Assembly (NCBI GenBank): GCA_963727455.1
Contig: CAVSGG010000017.1
Coordinates: forward strand, 96,001-160,000
DNA length: 64,000 nt
From: Candidatus Krumholzibacteriota bacterium
GTDB lineage: Bacteria; Krumholzibacteriota; Krumholzibacteriia; JAJRXK01
Reading direction: 5' to 3'
Part shown: positions 38,005 to 48,304 of the stretch, one piece after another
Layout of the letters: each line of letters starts with the position of its first letter
Position numbering within the stretch: position 1 is the first letter of the stretch
Notes under the pieces: model-generated
What the model was told of the DNA's origin: nothing
The model's input: the letters and a program-made list of their open reading frames with translations, nothing else
Databases searched by the model: none
Program-made: the position numbers and the translations under genes

Positions 38005-38827
38005 CGCGCAGAATCTCACGCTCCCTAGGAGTCAGACTCTCGATTCCATGCTCGGAGATCTTCTCGAGAATCTCGTCGACGCTGGCTTCGCCCGGACGCC
38101 GGGGACTCGACCAGCCGCTCTCCCTATACACTCTCTCCCCGTTTTGGTCCATCTTGCGACGAGCGAAGGTCGCCCGCATTTTGCGCACCACACCATTGAG
38201 TTGGGTGTCCAGGTTCAGGTACACCCAGCCGAAGAGCATTCCGCCCAGATGCGCGAAATGGGCCACCGTCGAGCCTCCTCGACCGAGGGCGCCGATGAGA
38301 TCGAGCAGCACCAATCCCACCACGAGGTACTTCATGCGGATGCCGATGAGTCCGTAGAGATAGACCACCTGATCGGGATACATCATTCCGTAGGCCAGGA
38401 GCAGGCCCATGATTGCGGCGCTCGCCCCGATGATGGGGATGTTGGCGCCGCCGAACGCGAGCCCCACCAGGGCCTGACAAATCCCGCCGCCGATGCCGCA
38501 GACGAAGTAGTAACGCAGGAAGAGCTGGCTGCCCCACGCGTACTCGATCGCGGTTCCGAACATCCACAGCATGAACATGTTGAAACCGATGTGTAGGATG
38601 CCCCCGTGCAGGAACATGTAGGTCACGAGGGTATAGAGCTTGTAGGGCCAGAGCTCGCCCGGAATCAGCGCGAAATTGGGAATCGGGTGCCAACCCGCCA
38701 GCCACTCGAGAATGAAGACCCCGATGTTGATGCCGAGCAGGAGGCGAACCATGGGGGGGACGGACGCTCCGGGACCGAAGCGGAACGAGGAGCGGCCGGT
38801 GAATCTCGAGAAGGGGTTGGTCTGCAT
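37988..38827 (-). CDS. Rhomboid family intramembrane serine protease with C-terminal helical (DUF6576-like) domain
   Basis: TYMFLHG..HI.FNM, IGASAA (catalytic Ser), AHFAHLGG; C-terminal VDEILEKIS..GI.SLT..E. Confidence 0.92.
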   Translation of the reverse strand: MQTNPFSRFTGRSSFRFGPGASVPPMVRLLLGINIGVFILEWLAGWHPIPNFALIPGELWPYKLYTLVTYMFLHGGILHIGFNMFMLWMFGTAIEYAWGSQLFLRYYFVCGIGGGICQALVGLAFGGANIPIIGASAAIMGLLLAYGMMYPDQVVYLYGLIGIRMKYLVVGLVLLDLIGALGRGGSTVAHFAHLGGMLFGWVYLNLDTQLNGVVRKMRATFARRKMDQNGERVYRESGWSSPRRPGEASVDEILEKISEHGIESLTPREREILRDASRH

Positions 38828-38963
38828 GATCCCTCTATCCGTGGGCAATAATCGCGAGTTCTCGGGCGTGCGTTCGCGGAGGTTTCCGGCTAGCATCCCT
38901 GGCAAAGCTAACACAGACTGGCCTCGATGCCCTCAATCGAGGTGGAAAGAGAGTGCACGAAGC

Positions 38964-39503
38964 ATGGTTTCCAGCCCGAAAGTGGTGGTCTTCGGCAGTT
39001 CGCGTTGCCCGGAGGGAAGCGCGGACCAGCAACAGGCCTATGAAGTGGGAAGCGTGGTGGGGTCGCGAAAACTCGTCCTCGTGAGCGGAGGTTACGGCGG
39101 TAGCATGGGAGCCGCCTCCAGGGGAGCCAAGGAGGCGGGGGGGAAGGTCCTGGGAATCACCACCGCGATCTTCGTGGATCGTCAGGCCAATCCCTGGCTG
39201 GATGAGCAGATCGACGAACCCGACTACCCGGCCCGCATGGCCCACATGATCCGGCTGGGAAACGCCTTCGTCGCGCTTCCGGGTGCTTTGGGAACTCTCT
39301 CGGAGTGGCTCTTGGCCTGGTGTCTTGCCAGCATCGATCAACTCGGTGGTCCGCTGTGGGCCTTTGCCGAACCGTGGCGCAAGATTCATGATCGTGTCCT
39401 GGAGCTCCCCGAGGTTACCGTAGACAAGCGGGAATGTGTCGGTTGGTTGCAGAAGCCAGCCGATCTGGCCGGTGAGCTGGACGCCTGGCTCGAGCGATCT
39501 TAG
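38964..39503 (+). CDS. LOG family protein (putative nucleotide phosphoribohydrolase)
   Basis: VFGSS, SGGYGGSMGAASRGA; PGALGTLSE is a variant of the PGGxGTxxE motif. Confidence 0.8.
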   Translation: MVSSPKVVVFGSSRCPEGSADQQQAYEVGSVVGSRKLVLVSGGYGGSMGAASRGAKEAGGKVLGITTAIFVDRQANPWLDEQIDEPDYPARMAHMIRLGNAFVALPGALGTLSEWLLAWCLASIDQLGGPLWAFAEPWRKIHDRVLELPEVTVDKRECVGWLQKPADLAGELDAWLERS

Positions 39504-39614
39504 TTTTTCCCAAGCCGGAGCAATACGGTCCTCGTGTGCTAGAATTGATGCGACGCGTTTCTCCATGGTGGAGAGGTTTTTCGTTCGCACCTGCATTCAA
39601 AGAGGTTGGAAGCA

Positions 39615-40682
39615 ATGGCCCGAATCAAGAACATCTTGGTGGTCGGAACGGGAACCATCGGCGAACCGCTGATCGGTCTCCTCACCACGCTTCGAAAGGA
39701 ACTCGGAATCGACGAAATCCGGTTTCACAAGAGGACCCCTCTGCTCACCGACCGCTCGAAGGTGAAGGACCTCATCCGTCGCGGCGCGTCGCTCGTCGCA
39801 GACGCCGATCGCCACGATGATTTCCGCGAAATCGGTCTGGAGCCGCAGCATCGCACTCGGGATGCCCTGGAGGATGCCTCGGTCGTCGTCGATTGCACGC
39901 CGGCGGGCAACAAGATGAAAGAGAAGTATTACAACGATCACGCGGGCAATACCGATCTCTTTATCGCGCAGGGTAGCGAATTCGGTTTCGGTAAGATGTA
40001 CGCTCGCGGCATCAACGACAGCGCTCTCGTCCCCGGAGAGGATCGATTCATCCAGGTTGTTTCCTGCAACACCCACAATCTCTCGGTGCTGGTTCAGGTC
40101 CTTGCGCTCAACGAAGGTGCGGACAACCTGGAGAATGGACGCTTCGTTTGTATCCGGCGGGCAAATGACCTGAGCCAGGACGACAAGTTCATTCCCTCGC
40201 CCGAGGTGGGGCGTCACAAGGACGAGCGCTTTGGCACCCATCACGCCCGGGACGCATTTCATCTCTTTCAGACCTTGGGTCACGATCTAAACCTCTATTC
40301 CTCGGCAATGAAGTTGAACACGCAGTTCATGCATGTCATTCACTTCAATTTGCGTCTAAAACGCGCCACGACACTGGAGAGAATCTGTCAGCACATCGAA
40401 GCCAACGACCGCGTGGCGACCACTTACAAGCACACCGCAAACTCCATCTTCTCCTTCGGGCGTGACCACGGATTCTTCGGCCGCATCCTGAACCAAACCG
40501 TCATTCCTCTGGACACGCTTGCCTTGAGTTCGGGAGGGCACGAGCTGGTGGGGTTCTGTTTCACGCCGCAGGATGGCAACTCGATTCTCTCGTCGATTGC
40601 CGCCAGCGCTTGGGGCCTGGATCCGGAGAACTACGAGAAGCGCATTCAGGCCCTCTCGCCCTACTTCTTCAACGAGGTTTGA
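39615..40682 (+). CDS. Type II (archaeal-like) glyceraldehyde-3-phosphate dehydrogenase-like protein
   Basis: Rossmann motif GTGTIG, VVDCTP, VVSCNT (catalytic Cys), RRAND, HHA.D. Confidence 0.75.
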   Translation: MARIKNILVVGTGTIGEPLIGLLTTLRKELGIDEIRFHKRTPLLTDRSKVKDLIRRGASLVADADRHDDFREIGLEPQHRTRDALEDASVVVDCTPAGNKMKEKYYNDHAGNTDLFIAQGSEFGFGKMYARGINDSALVPGEDRFIQVVSCNTHNLSVLVQVLALNEGADNLENGRFVCIRRANDLSQDDKFIPSPEVGRHKDERFGTHHARDAFHLFQTLGHDLNLYSSAMKLNTQFMHVIHFNLRLKRATTLERICQHIEANDRVATTYKHTANSIFSFGRDHGFFGRILNQTVIPLDTLALSSGGHELVGFCFTPQDGNSILSSIAASAWGLDPENYEKRIQALSPYFFNEV

Positions 40683-40697
40683 TCGGGCCGGACGGAA

Positions 40698-42206
40698 TCA
40701 ACCGGCGGTCAGCTTCGCGTAGAGTTCTTTCGCGCGCTTCATCCCCGGATGATCCGCGTCGGCATGCCGCATCACCTGCATGTAGCGCGAGAGGTAGTTC
40801 AGCGCTTTTTCACTGTGTCCCAGCTTGTCCGAAGCCTCTGCCCCCAACAGAGTCATGAAGGGATAGTCGGGGATATCGGCTTCCAGGGCCGCTGCCTGCG
40901 CCAGGCTCTTGTCGTACTCTCCCCCCTTGTAGTAGACCCTCGCCAATACGCAGCGCCAGGAGGCCAGCTCGTGGGGCGGGAGGGGGGATGCGTCGAGTTT
41001 CTCGGCGAGAGAATCCGCCTCGTCCTCGAAGGCGCGTCCGCGCGCCTGGTCCAAGGAAGCATGGAGAAGGCCGCCGATGATCTCTCCCGTCATTTCCTGG
41101 CGGGCCTTGATGTCGCTTGGCGAGCTGTCCATCAGAGCCTTCCAGGCCGTCTCGGTGTCCTTCATCGTGCTTTCCGCCTCGTTCAGACGCTTCAGGCTGA
41201 TCAGGGAGAACGCGCGGAAGATGTTCACGTTGAGCAGCATGCTGTAGTAGGAGGGGCTGCTCTTGTCGAGACCCGCCAGAATCTCGTCCGTCATCTTCAA
41301 CACTTTCTCGAAGTTGTATCCCACTTCCTCGACCCGCAGCTTGTGCACCACCAGATAGCGCGTATTGATGCCCTGTTTCTCCATCGCGTCCTCGGCCTGC
41401 CCGAGGGTATAGCGCGCCCGCTCGATCTGTCCGGTGATCGCCAACGCAGAGGAGAGATGTACTGCGGAATGGTAGAACGACGGGCGAATCTCCAGAGCCT
41501 TCAGATACTCGCCGATTGCCTCGTCGTAGTGTCCGGCCGCCTCATACGCTTCCCCCAGCGAATCGTGAGGGTTGGGCTGATTTTCCGCGTAGTAGGCGTA
41601 ACGTCGTAGGTTCGCGATCGCGGAGGCGTAGTCGCCTTTCTGGAGATAAAGGTAGCCCAGCTGGTTGTGACACATCACCCGCGAGGGATCGATCTTGAGG
41701 GCATCCTCATAGAGTTGGATCGCGTCGTCGGAATTACCCGCTGCCCAGGCCCAGCGGGCGCGGACGAGAATGGAACGGATGTCGTCAGGGTACTTCTTGG
41801 CCATCTCCTTCAGAACCATATCCGATTTCTTGTAGTCCTTGGTCATGATGGCGTAGTGGTAGGTGATGTAGAGCTGTTCCATCTCGGTCACGTGATCGCG
41901 CAAGGAGTAGGCCTTTTCGATCGCCTTGTCGGCGCCCTCGGTGTCGTCGATGCTACGGCGGGCCATCGCCAACTCGACCCAGGCAGTGGCGAAGCTACTA
42001 TCCGCCTTCACCGCGTTTTCGAACTCGTCGGCGGCCTCCTTCCAGAAGAATTTCTCGCGACTGTCGATTCCCTTCTCGTACCAGTCGTAGGCCAGATCAC
42101 TGGAAGTGGTGACGTCGCGCTGGGGCTTGCGGTGATCGAGATAGAGCCAGGATCCCGCGGGCAGCACGACGAGAAGAAGGAAGAGAACGATCAGACGACG
42201 GTTCAT
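40698..42206 (-). CDS. Membrane-anchored TPR protein
   Basis: Single N-terminal TM followed by many TPRs (HNQLGYLY, HDSLGEAY). Confidence 0.8.
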   Translation of the reverse strand: MNRRLIVLFLLLVVLPAGSWLYLDHRKPQRDVTTSSDLAYDWYEKGIDSREKFFWKEAADEFENAVKADSSFATAWVELAMARRSIDDTEGADKAIEKAYSLRDHVTEMEQLYITYHYAIMTKDYKKSDMVLKEMAKKYPDDIRSILVRARWAWAAGNSDDAIQLYEDALKIDPSRVMCHNQLGYLYLQKGDYASAIANLRRYAYYAENQPNPHDSLGEAYEAAGHYDEAIGEYLKALEIRPSFYHSAVHLSSALAITGQIERARYTLGQAEDAMEKQGINTRYLVVHKLRVEEVGYNFEKVLKMTDEILAGLDKSSPSYYSMLLNVNIFRAFSLISLKRLNEAESTMKDTETAWKALMDSSPSDIKARQEMTGEIIGGLLHASLDQARGRAFEDEADSLAEKLDASPLPPHELASWRCVLARVYYKGGEYDKSLAQAAALEADIPDYPFMTLLGAEASDKLGHSEKALNYLSRYMQVMRHADADHPGMKRAKELYAKLTAG

Positions 42207-42262
42207 ACGGTGCAACTCTCGGTTGTCCGCCGCGCGGCGAGAACAAAAGGAGAAAACAATGC

Positions 42263-44851
42263 TTACCCCCTAAGCTCGTTATCTACGGGCCGAAGCGCTT
42301 GCGGGTTGCGCGATTCCCGGGTCTTTTCGGCCGCATGGAGCACGATGACCGTCAGGTCATCCCCGGCGTTTTGCTCCGCCGCTGCCTGCTTGCCGCCGAT
42401 ATGGGCGAAAACCGAGCTGCGGATCTCCTGGGCCAGGGCCTCCGCCGAGGAGTTCGCGTGGCGGCAGACCACGTCCACCAGCCCTTTCGAGCCGAACTGG
42501 TTCTCCCCTTGGTCCTCGGCCTCGGTAACGCCGTCGGTGTAGAGCACAAGGGTATCGCCCTCCTCCAGCTGCACCGTACTCTCGGGATATTCCATGCCGG
42601 GGAAGGCCCCCAGAGGTGTCGCGCCATCTTCCAGCCACGCGCAGCTGCCGTCGGCCCGCCGCAGAAGGGGAGGATTGTGACCCGCGCTCGAGTACACGAT
42701 GCGGCGCCTCTCTGGCTCCAGGGCCGCGAAGAAGAGGGTGGCAAAACGATCGCTATCGGTGCTCTCGAAGAGCGAAGTATTCACCGCTTTCAGGATGGCG
42801 GCCGGGCTGGTGTGCATGGAGGAAAGAGCGCGCAGGGAAGCTTGGAGATTGCTCGCGAGCAGAGAAGCCCCCATTCCCTTTCCCGAGACGTCGCTGATGA
42901 CGAGGCTGAGACGTCCGTCGAGCAGAGAGACAAAATCGTAATAGTCGCCGCTGATCTGGCGTGAAGGCAGATTGATGGCCGCGATGTCATAGCCGGGAAT
43001 CGCTGGAACTCTCGAGGGGAGGAGCCGCTGCTGGATCGAGCGCGCCAGCGACAGTTCTTCCTCGAGCTGACGGCGTGAGATCGCTTCGTCATAGAGACGC
43101 GTGTTCTCCAGCTGCACCCCCAACTGTCCCGCCACGATCGTCAGGAGATCGAGCTCCGCGTTGTTGTAGTCCTCTTCACTGCGTTTTTGGCCCAAACACA
43201 TCGCTGCCACCAGACGATCGCCGGCCAGAGCCGGGACCACTACCTCGAAGCCGTTCTGGGTCAGTGTCCCCAGCTCGCTTTCCAGCTCCGCCCGCTGCTC
43301 GCTCGCGGTTAGGCTCGCCTCGGGCCTCAGCGGGACGTTCAATTGAGACTGGAGAACATCCAGGGTCAACGCGGAGTGCCGGCCGGTGAGATAGGTAGAA
43401 AATTCGCGCAACTGGCTCCCGCCCAGAGACTCCGGCATACTTAGCACCTCGTTACCCGCAAGCAAGATGGTGAAGGACTCGGGGTGGAAGAGGGTGGTGA
43501 TGCGGCTTCTCACCAGTTCGATCAGCGCACGGCGTTCGATGGTCCGCGGCAGGGCCAGGGCCAGCTCCTGCAGTGCGGCTTGCATGTCGTGCTTTTCGCG
43601 GAAGAAACGGCGCTCCAGAAAACTCTGAATGCGATCCCGCGCCGGAGCGAACGCGGCGGCTACGATCAGGGTGGCGATGATGGCCACGATCTGGTTGGTC
43701 TGCCCCGAGGCTTTGAGCAGGACGTTTCCCACCACGATGATGATGAGAAAATACGCCCCGACCAACAGACCGGTGAGGATGGCGTAGATCAGCGAACGCC
43801 GAATGATCACCTCGACGTCCATCAGACGGTAGCGCGCGATGGAATAGCCGAAGGAGACCGGAATGAGCACCAGCGGCACTGCTCCGAAGAGAGCGAAATC
43901 GCTGCGTCCCGTCCACGCTTCGAAGACCATGGTGAAGATCAGGTAGGGCAGAACTCCCAGGACCGTGCCCAGAGTGAGGATCTTCACTTTTTGCCTCATC
44001 TTGACGTCGGTGCTGCGCAGGTAGGTGGTGATGAGACTGCCCAGACCGATGGTGAAATAGAGTCCCAGCACCATCTGCTGGGATCCGGTGATTTGAGCAG
44101 GGCGTGAGCCATAGAACTGGTTGTAGGTGAAGCTGCCGTAGTAGAGCAGAGGAAGCAGGTAGATCAAGGGCACGATCCAGCGTCGCCGGTGCAGTACTTC
44201 ACGATATTGGGGGAAGATGAGGAAGAAGTGTAGAAAGAGCGGCGGCACCAGGAGGGAAGAGAGCGCGGCCATGTTTCGCGAGAACACCTGACTCCAGTAA
44301 TACTCGACCGTGCGTCCGCTGGAGGAAAAGAAGTAGAGCAGGAACACCACGCCGAGCAGAAAGAACACACGCGCTGGATTCTGCCAGGGGTTCTTCCAGA
44401 ACACGTAGAGTCCCACCAGGAAGAAGACGAGTCCTAACCCACAGTAGATGAGATAGGTCGTTACATCGGTGGTGCGTGTACTACCCAAACGTACCTGAAC
44501 TTCGAAGATGTCTCCGCTGCGGTTGACCATGTAGGGAATCACTTCGCCCACGCGGCGGTCACGCAACAGAACGGCAGCTTGCCTCGGAGAGAGAATGGGC
44601 TTGCGATCGATTCCCTCGATTACGTCGCCCACTTCAATGGGAAAGACCTGGCCGTCACGCATTGCCATTTGGGCCGGCCCGGCCGGCACCAGGCCCACGA
44701 TGCGGATCTCGTCCTGCCCGAGCTTCCATTCGGCGCCATCGGTGGGTTTGCGTTGGAGCGCATCGAACGCACAGAAGCCCGCGACCAGGAGGGCCAATAG
44801 TCCCACCAAGAGGTAGGCCAAGGGCGGATGTTGAGCCGTCGAATTGGGCAT
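42263..44851 (-). CDS. PDZ / multi-TM / GAF sensor PP2C (SpoIIE-type) phosphatase
   Basis: PDZ-like N-terminal region, multiple TMs, GAF; SGDYYD, DVSGKG, AGHNPP, YTDGVTEA and DDLT motifs. Confidence 0.9.
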   Translation of the reverse strand: MPNSTAQHPPLAYLLVGLLALLVAGFCAFDALQRKPTDGAEWKLGQDEIRIVGLVPAGPAQMAMRDGQVFPIEVGDVIEGIDRKPILSPRQAAVLLRDRRVGEVIPYMVNRSGDIFEVQVRLGSTRTTDVTTYLIYCGLGLVFFLVGLYVFWKNPWQNPARVFFLLGVVFLLYFFSSSGRTVEYYWSQVFSRNMAALSSLLVPPLFLHFFLIFPQYREVLHRRRWIVPLIYLLPLLYYGSFTYNQFYGSRPAQITGSQQMVLGLYFTIGLGSLITTYLRSTDVKMRQKVKILTLGTVLGVLPYLIFTMVFEAWTGRSDFALFGAVPLVLIPVSFGYSIARYRLMDVEVIIRRSLIYAILTGLLVGAYFLIIIVVGNVLLKASGQTNQIVAIIATLIVAAAFAPARDRIQSFLERRFFREKHDMQAALQELALALPRTIERRALIELVRSRITTLFHPESFTILLAGNEVLSMPESLGGSQLREFSTYLTGRHSALTLDVLQSQLNVPLRPEASLTASEQRAELESELGTLTQNGFEVVVPALAGDRLVAAMCLGQKRSEEDYNNAELDLLTIVAGQLGVQLENTRLYDEAISRRQLEEELSLARSIQQRLLPSRVPAIPGYDIAAINLPSRQISGDYYDFVSLLDGRLSLVISDVSGKGMGASLLASNLQASLRALSSMHTSPAAILKAVNTSLFESTDSDRFATLFFAALEPERRRIVYSSAGHNPPLLRRADGSCAWLEDGATPLGAFPGMEYPESTVQLEEGDTLVLYTDGVTEAEDQGENQFGSKGLVDVVCRHANSSAEALAQEIRSSVFAHIGGKQAAAEQNAGDDLTVIVLHAAEKTRESRNPQALRPVDNELRG

Positions 44852-45042
44852 GGTTGACGCGCGTTGAGTTTTGGGAACGCCGACCTGAGGTGACTATCGG
44901 CCTGTCATTCTACTCTGTAGCCGCGTTTCGCTCACCTTGATAATTGGACGCACGAGGGGCACCTCAGGTTGCCGCTCGCTCTCAGCTCGCCTAAAATCAA
45001 CGAATTCCGCCAGCCCGAGTGTAACCCGAGAGGACCAAATTC

Positions 45043-45885
45043 ATGGACAGCGCTCTCACGCCGCGATCCCTCCGCCTTTTCATTGCCAATGTACTGTGGG
45101 AAGTCTCCGAAAGCATCGCCAGCCAGTTCGGACACACAGGTCCCCTCACTTTCAAGTACGGTCGCGAAGCCATCACCAAAGTGGACCGTCAGGTTGAGGA
45201 CAAGATTGCCAAAGCCGTCCTGGCCCGCTTCCCGGGGCACCGTTTTGTGGGGGAGGAGGCCGGCGAACGCGGGGACGAGGGGGCCGAATGGAGCTGGCAG
45301 GTCGATCCCATCGACGGGACTTTGAACTACTCGGTGGGGATTCCAGTCTTTTCCAGCTCGGTGGCGGTTCTGCAGCACGGTGTACTGCAAGCAGGCGGAG
45401 TGCTCGATCCGCTCCGGCGCGAACTCTTCACCGCCGCGCGCGGGGAAGGGGCCTTCGTCAGCCGGAAGGATGGGGCAAACGAGCTGGGCGCCGAAGATCG
45501 CCTGAAGGTGAGCGAGCGCGAGCGCTTTGCCGAGGCGGTGGTGAGCACGCAGTTCGGCCGGCACTCGATGTTCGTGGACCACCCGCAGCTTCTGCAACAG
45601 ATGTTGCGCCACCCGCTCAAAACACGGCGGTTGGGCAGCATCGCCATCGAACTGGCCTGGTTGGCGGCCGGTAGGATCGACCTGCTCTTGGCCGGCAAGC
45701 GCTCACCGATCAACTTCTATGACATCGCGGCCGGAGCGATTCTGGTGGAGGAGGCCGGGGGGCGCATCACCGACGGCCGTGGCTCGGCGCTGGGCGACGA
45801 CTGCCGGGAGATCATTGCCTCCAACAGTCTTCTGCACGAGGAGCTAGTGGAGATTCTCCGTCCCTGGCTCAACGATCGGTGCTGA
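45043..45885 (+). CDS. Inositol monophosphatase family protein (SuhB-like)
   Basis: GEE, VDPIDGTLNY, RRLGS, DIAAG.ILVEEAGG. Confidence 0.9.
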   Translation: MDSALTPRSLRLFIANVLWEVSESIASQFGHTGPLTFKYGREAITKVDRQVEDKIAKAVLARFPGHRFVGEEAGERGDEGAEWSWQVDPIDGTLNYSVGIPVFSSSVAVLQHGVLQAGGVLDPLRRELFTAARGEGAFVSRKDGANELGAEDRLKVSERERFAEAVVSTQFGRHSMFVDHPQLLQQMLRHPLKTRRLGSIAIELAWLAAGRIDLLLAGKRSPINFYDIAAGAILVEEAGGRITDGRGSALGDDCREIIASNSLLHEELVEILRPWLNDRC

Positions 45886-46288
45886 GATTTTCCCGGCGAC
45901 GGCTCAAGTAGAGCACGGCTCGGGCGAGCTCCGGGTAGCGGGGACGCAGAGTGCGATGGATGGCGTGGTAGAGGACGAAGCGCCGCGAGCCCGCATCGCT
46001 CATCTGCTCGAGTTCGCGCAGGGCCCGTTGAATGGCGCCCCCCACGGGATGATCCGCGTCCTCCAAATAGCCCCAGGTATGTCCACGCAGGGTGTACGAG
46101 AGGCCGCCGCTCCCCCGCAGATAGGGGGATGCCCCCAGCTCCTTTCCCAGCTCGCTCATGCGTTGCTCGATTCGCTTGCGCAGCGTCGCATCCAGAGTCT
46201 CCTCGCCGCAGGAGGGGCAGCGCAGGGTTGAGGCCGCGAGTGCCCGGCCGCAGAGGTGGCAGAGGCCGATCGACGGATTTGCGTTCAC
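45869..46288 (-). CDS. Hypothetical protein with zinc ribbon
   Basis: CHLC-x10-CPSC; start codon uncertain. Confidence 0.55.
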   Translation of the reverse strand: MNANPSIGLCHLCGRALAASTLRCPSCGEETLDATLRKRIEQRMSELGKELGASPYLRGSGGLSYTLRGHTWGYLEDADHPVGGAIQRALRELEQMSDAGSRRFVLYHAIHRTLRPRYPELARAVLYLSRRRENLSTDR

Positions 46289-46389
46289 TTCGCGCTGGCT
46301 CGCTTCCTCCCCGCTTGCTCGCGGGACGGGTTCGCCCCTACTTTCACAGGGCGCGGCAGATCCCCGCACGGCACTCCAGGACGGCGCCC

Positions 46390-47064
46390 ATGCCTTCAGA
46401 CCCTAGCACAGGAACTCATAGGCGAGCTATCTACGCCTGGCGCTGGGTGGGCGGCGTTCTGCTTTTTTCCCTTTTGGCGCTGCCGGCTCTCACGGCACTG
46501 CCGGTATTCTTGGCGCTGCCCGTCCTCGCCCGGCCGGCACGCGCTCAGGAGATCCAGAGCCCGCAGACCCCCTGGGTCGGTTGGGTCGGGCCATGGGCAG
46601 ACGGCATCATGGGCTTCCGCTTCGGCATGGATCCATCTTCGGTGCGCAAGGTGGCCTCCGGCAAGAAGCTGCATCCACTCACCGCGCGTTCGGGGACTCT
46701 GCGTTACGGGGGAAAGCTCGCCGGCCGCGAGGGCGAAATCGTACTGGAGTTCAGCACGCCCAAAGAGGGTCCTCAGCGAGGGGAGCTGAGCCGCATTCTC
46801 TTCAAATGGGACTCGATGAGCGGCGTCAGCTCCCACGCTACCCGGCTCTTCGAACTGCTCGACAAATTACTCGCGAAACGCTACGGCTCGCCGGTCTTCC
46901 GCCGCCAACCGGCTCTCTCCGAGATCTCCACCGGTTACAAGCAGGCGGTTCGCGTCTACCAGGGCCCGGAGATGCAGGCACGGCTCATCCTCATGGCCGC
47001 CTCGAACGATCTGCTCCGGGTGAACCTCATTCTGGTTTCGCCGCAGCTTCACCCCGGCTTCTGA
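46390..47064 (+). CDS. Secreted/membrane hypothetical protein
   Basis: Hydrophobic N-terminus ending ARA-Q; GFRFGM and KRYGSP motifs typical of small periplasmic alpha/beta proteins. Confidence 0.6.
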   Translation: MPSDPSTGTHRRAIYAWRWVGGVLLFSLLALPALTALPVFLALPVLARPARAQEIQSPQTPWVGWVGPWADGIMGFRFGMDPSSVRKVASGKKLHPLTARSGTLRYGGKLAGREGEIVLEFSTPKEGPQRGELSRILFKWDSMSGVSSHATRLFELLDKLLAKRYGSPVFRRQPALSEISTGYKQAVRVYQGPEMQARLILMAASNDLLRVNLILVSPQLHPGF

Positions 47065-47146
47065 GGGCGCGACCGCGGCTCCCCGCTCTGGCCATTTCCC
47101 CCGTGATGCTCTAGGATGCCGCCTCGGTTTCAACGGAGGAGTGCAG

Positions 47147-48061
47147 GTGGCGAGTAAGACTCAGCTCAAGAGAAAAGGCGGCAAGGGCCGCGCGCAGAAG
47201 AAGAGCGGTTCCAAGAGCGCGCGACGCAAGGCGAACCGCGCCAAGGCCAAACGCGTCGACAGCGGCCCCAGTCTGGCGGCCAAGGCCGACAAGCACGAGC
47301 TCTACGAGCTGGCGGTGCAGGATCCCGAGCAGGACGTCGCCTTCTTGATGCAGGCCTACGAGTGCGTGCGGGGTCGCGCCCCGCGGCTCTTGCGTGAGGA
47401 CTTCTGCGGCACCGCCGCAGTTTGTGCCACCTGGGTGGCGCAAGGGGAGGAGTTCTCCGCCGAGGGTTTCGACCTCGACGAGGATACCCTGCAATGGGGA
47501 CGCGAGCGGCATCTCGCGCCTCTGGGTTCGGCTGCGCAACGCGTGACGCTGCACTGCAAGGACGTACGCGAACCGGGATTGGCCAAGCCGGACGTCACCT
47601 GCGCGCACAACTTCTCCTACCAGGTCTTTCAGACACGAGCGCTGATGCTGCAGTACTTCCAGTTCGTGCGCGACAGTTTGGCGACCGATGGCGTGTTCAT
47701 TCTCGATCTCTACGGAGGATGGGAGGCCACCGAAGAGCTCGAAGAGGATCGGCCCATCGAAGGGACCAAGGCTCTCTATGTGTGGGATCAGATACGCTAC
47801 TCACCGGTCACTGGAAGGCAGGACTGCGCGATTCACTTCCGCTTCAAGGACGGCAGCGAACTGCACAGGGCCTTTTATTACGAGTGGCGTTACTGGACCA
47901 TGCCCGAGTTGCAGGACATTCTGCAGGACGCGGGCTTTACCCGCATCGATTCCTGGTTCGAGGTGATGGACGAGGATGGCGATGGGACGGGAGTGTTCGA
48001 ACCCTCCGAGGAGGGTCTCAACTGCGAGAGCTGGTTGGGATACCTCGTGGCGTACAAGTAG
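47147..48061 (+). CDS. Class I SAM-dependent methyltransferase with basic N-terminal extension
   Basis: LYELAVQ.P, LREDFCGTA, G.DLD, NFSY, AF.YEWR.WT.PE; GGAGG RBS. Confidence 0.8.
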   Translation: MASKTQLKRKGGKGRAQKKSGSKSARRKANRAKAKRVDSGPSLAAKADKHELYELAVQDPEQDVAFLMQAYECVRGRAPRLLREDFCGTAAVCATWVAQGEEFSAEGFDLDEDTLQWGRERHLAPLGSAAQRVTLHCKDVREPGLAKPDVTCAHNFSYQVFQTRALMLQYFQFVRDSLATDGVFILDLYGGWEATEELEEDRPIEGTKALYVWDQIRYSPVTGRQDCAIHFRFKDGSELHRAFYYEWRYWTMPELQDILQDAGFTRIDSWFEVMDEDGDGTGVFEPSEEGLNCESWLGYLVAYK

Positions 48062-48304
48062 GGTCGGGCGCGCGTCCCGATTTTATAGCCGGCTAGAAAA
48101 TGTAAGCTGTTGTAGCGAACGCAGTTCTTGCCGGGGATTCTCGCAAAATCGCGCCATCGCAAAGCAGCGCCACAAAGCGCAGATTCCAGCGCCGCTGAGA
48201 CTTTTCCCTTCGCTGCACCGCTTTTTTGCCCTAAAGTTCGACGGCGTGTGTTCATCGCACCCCACCTTTTCGATCGAGTGATCGTATCATCAGGAGTCAC
48301 CGTA

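Noticed and set aside
37988-38827. Rhomboid as a rhombosortase for the C-terminal tail
   Set aside because: The tail has no transmembrane helix for intramembrane cleavage, and this looks like a common rhomboid subtype with no linkage to the tagged genes.
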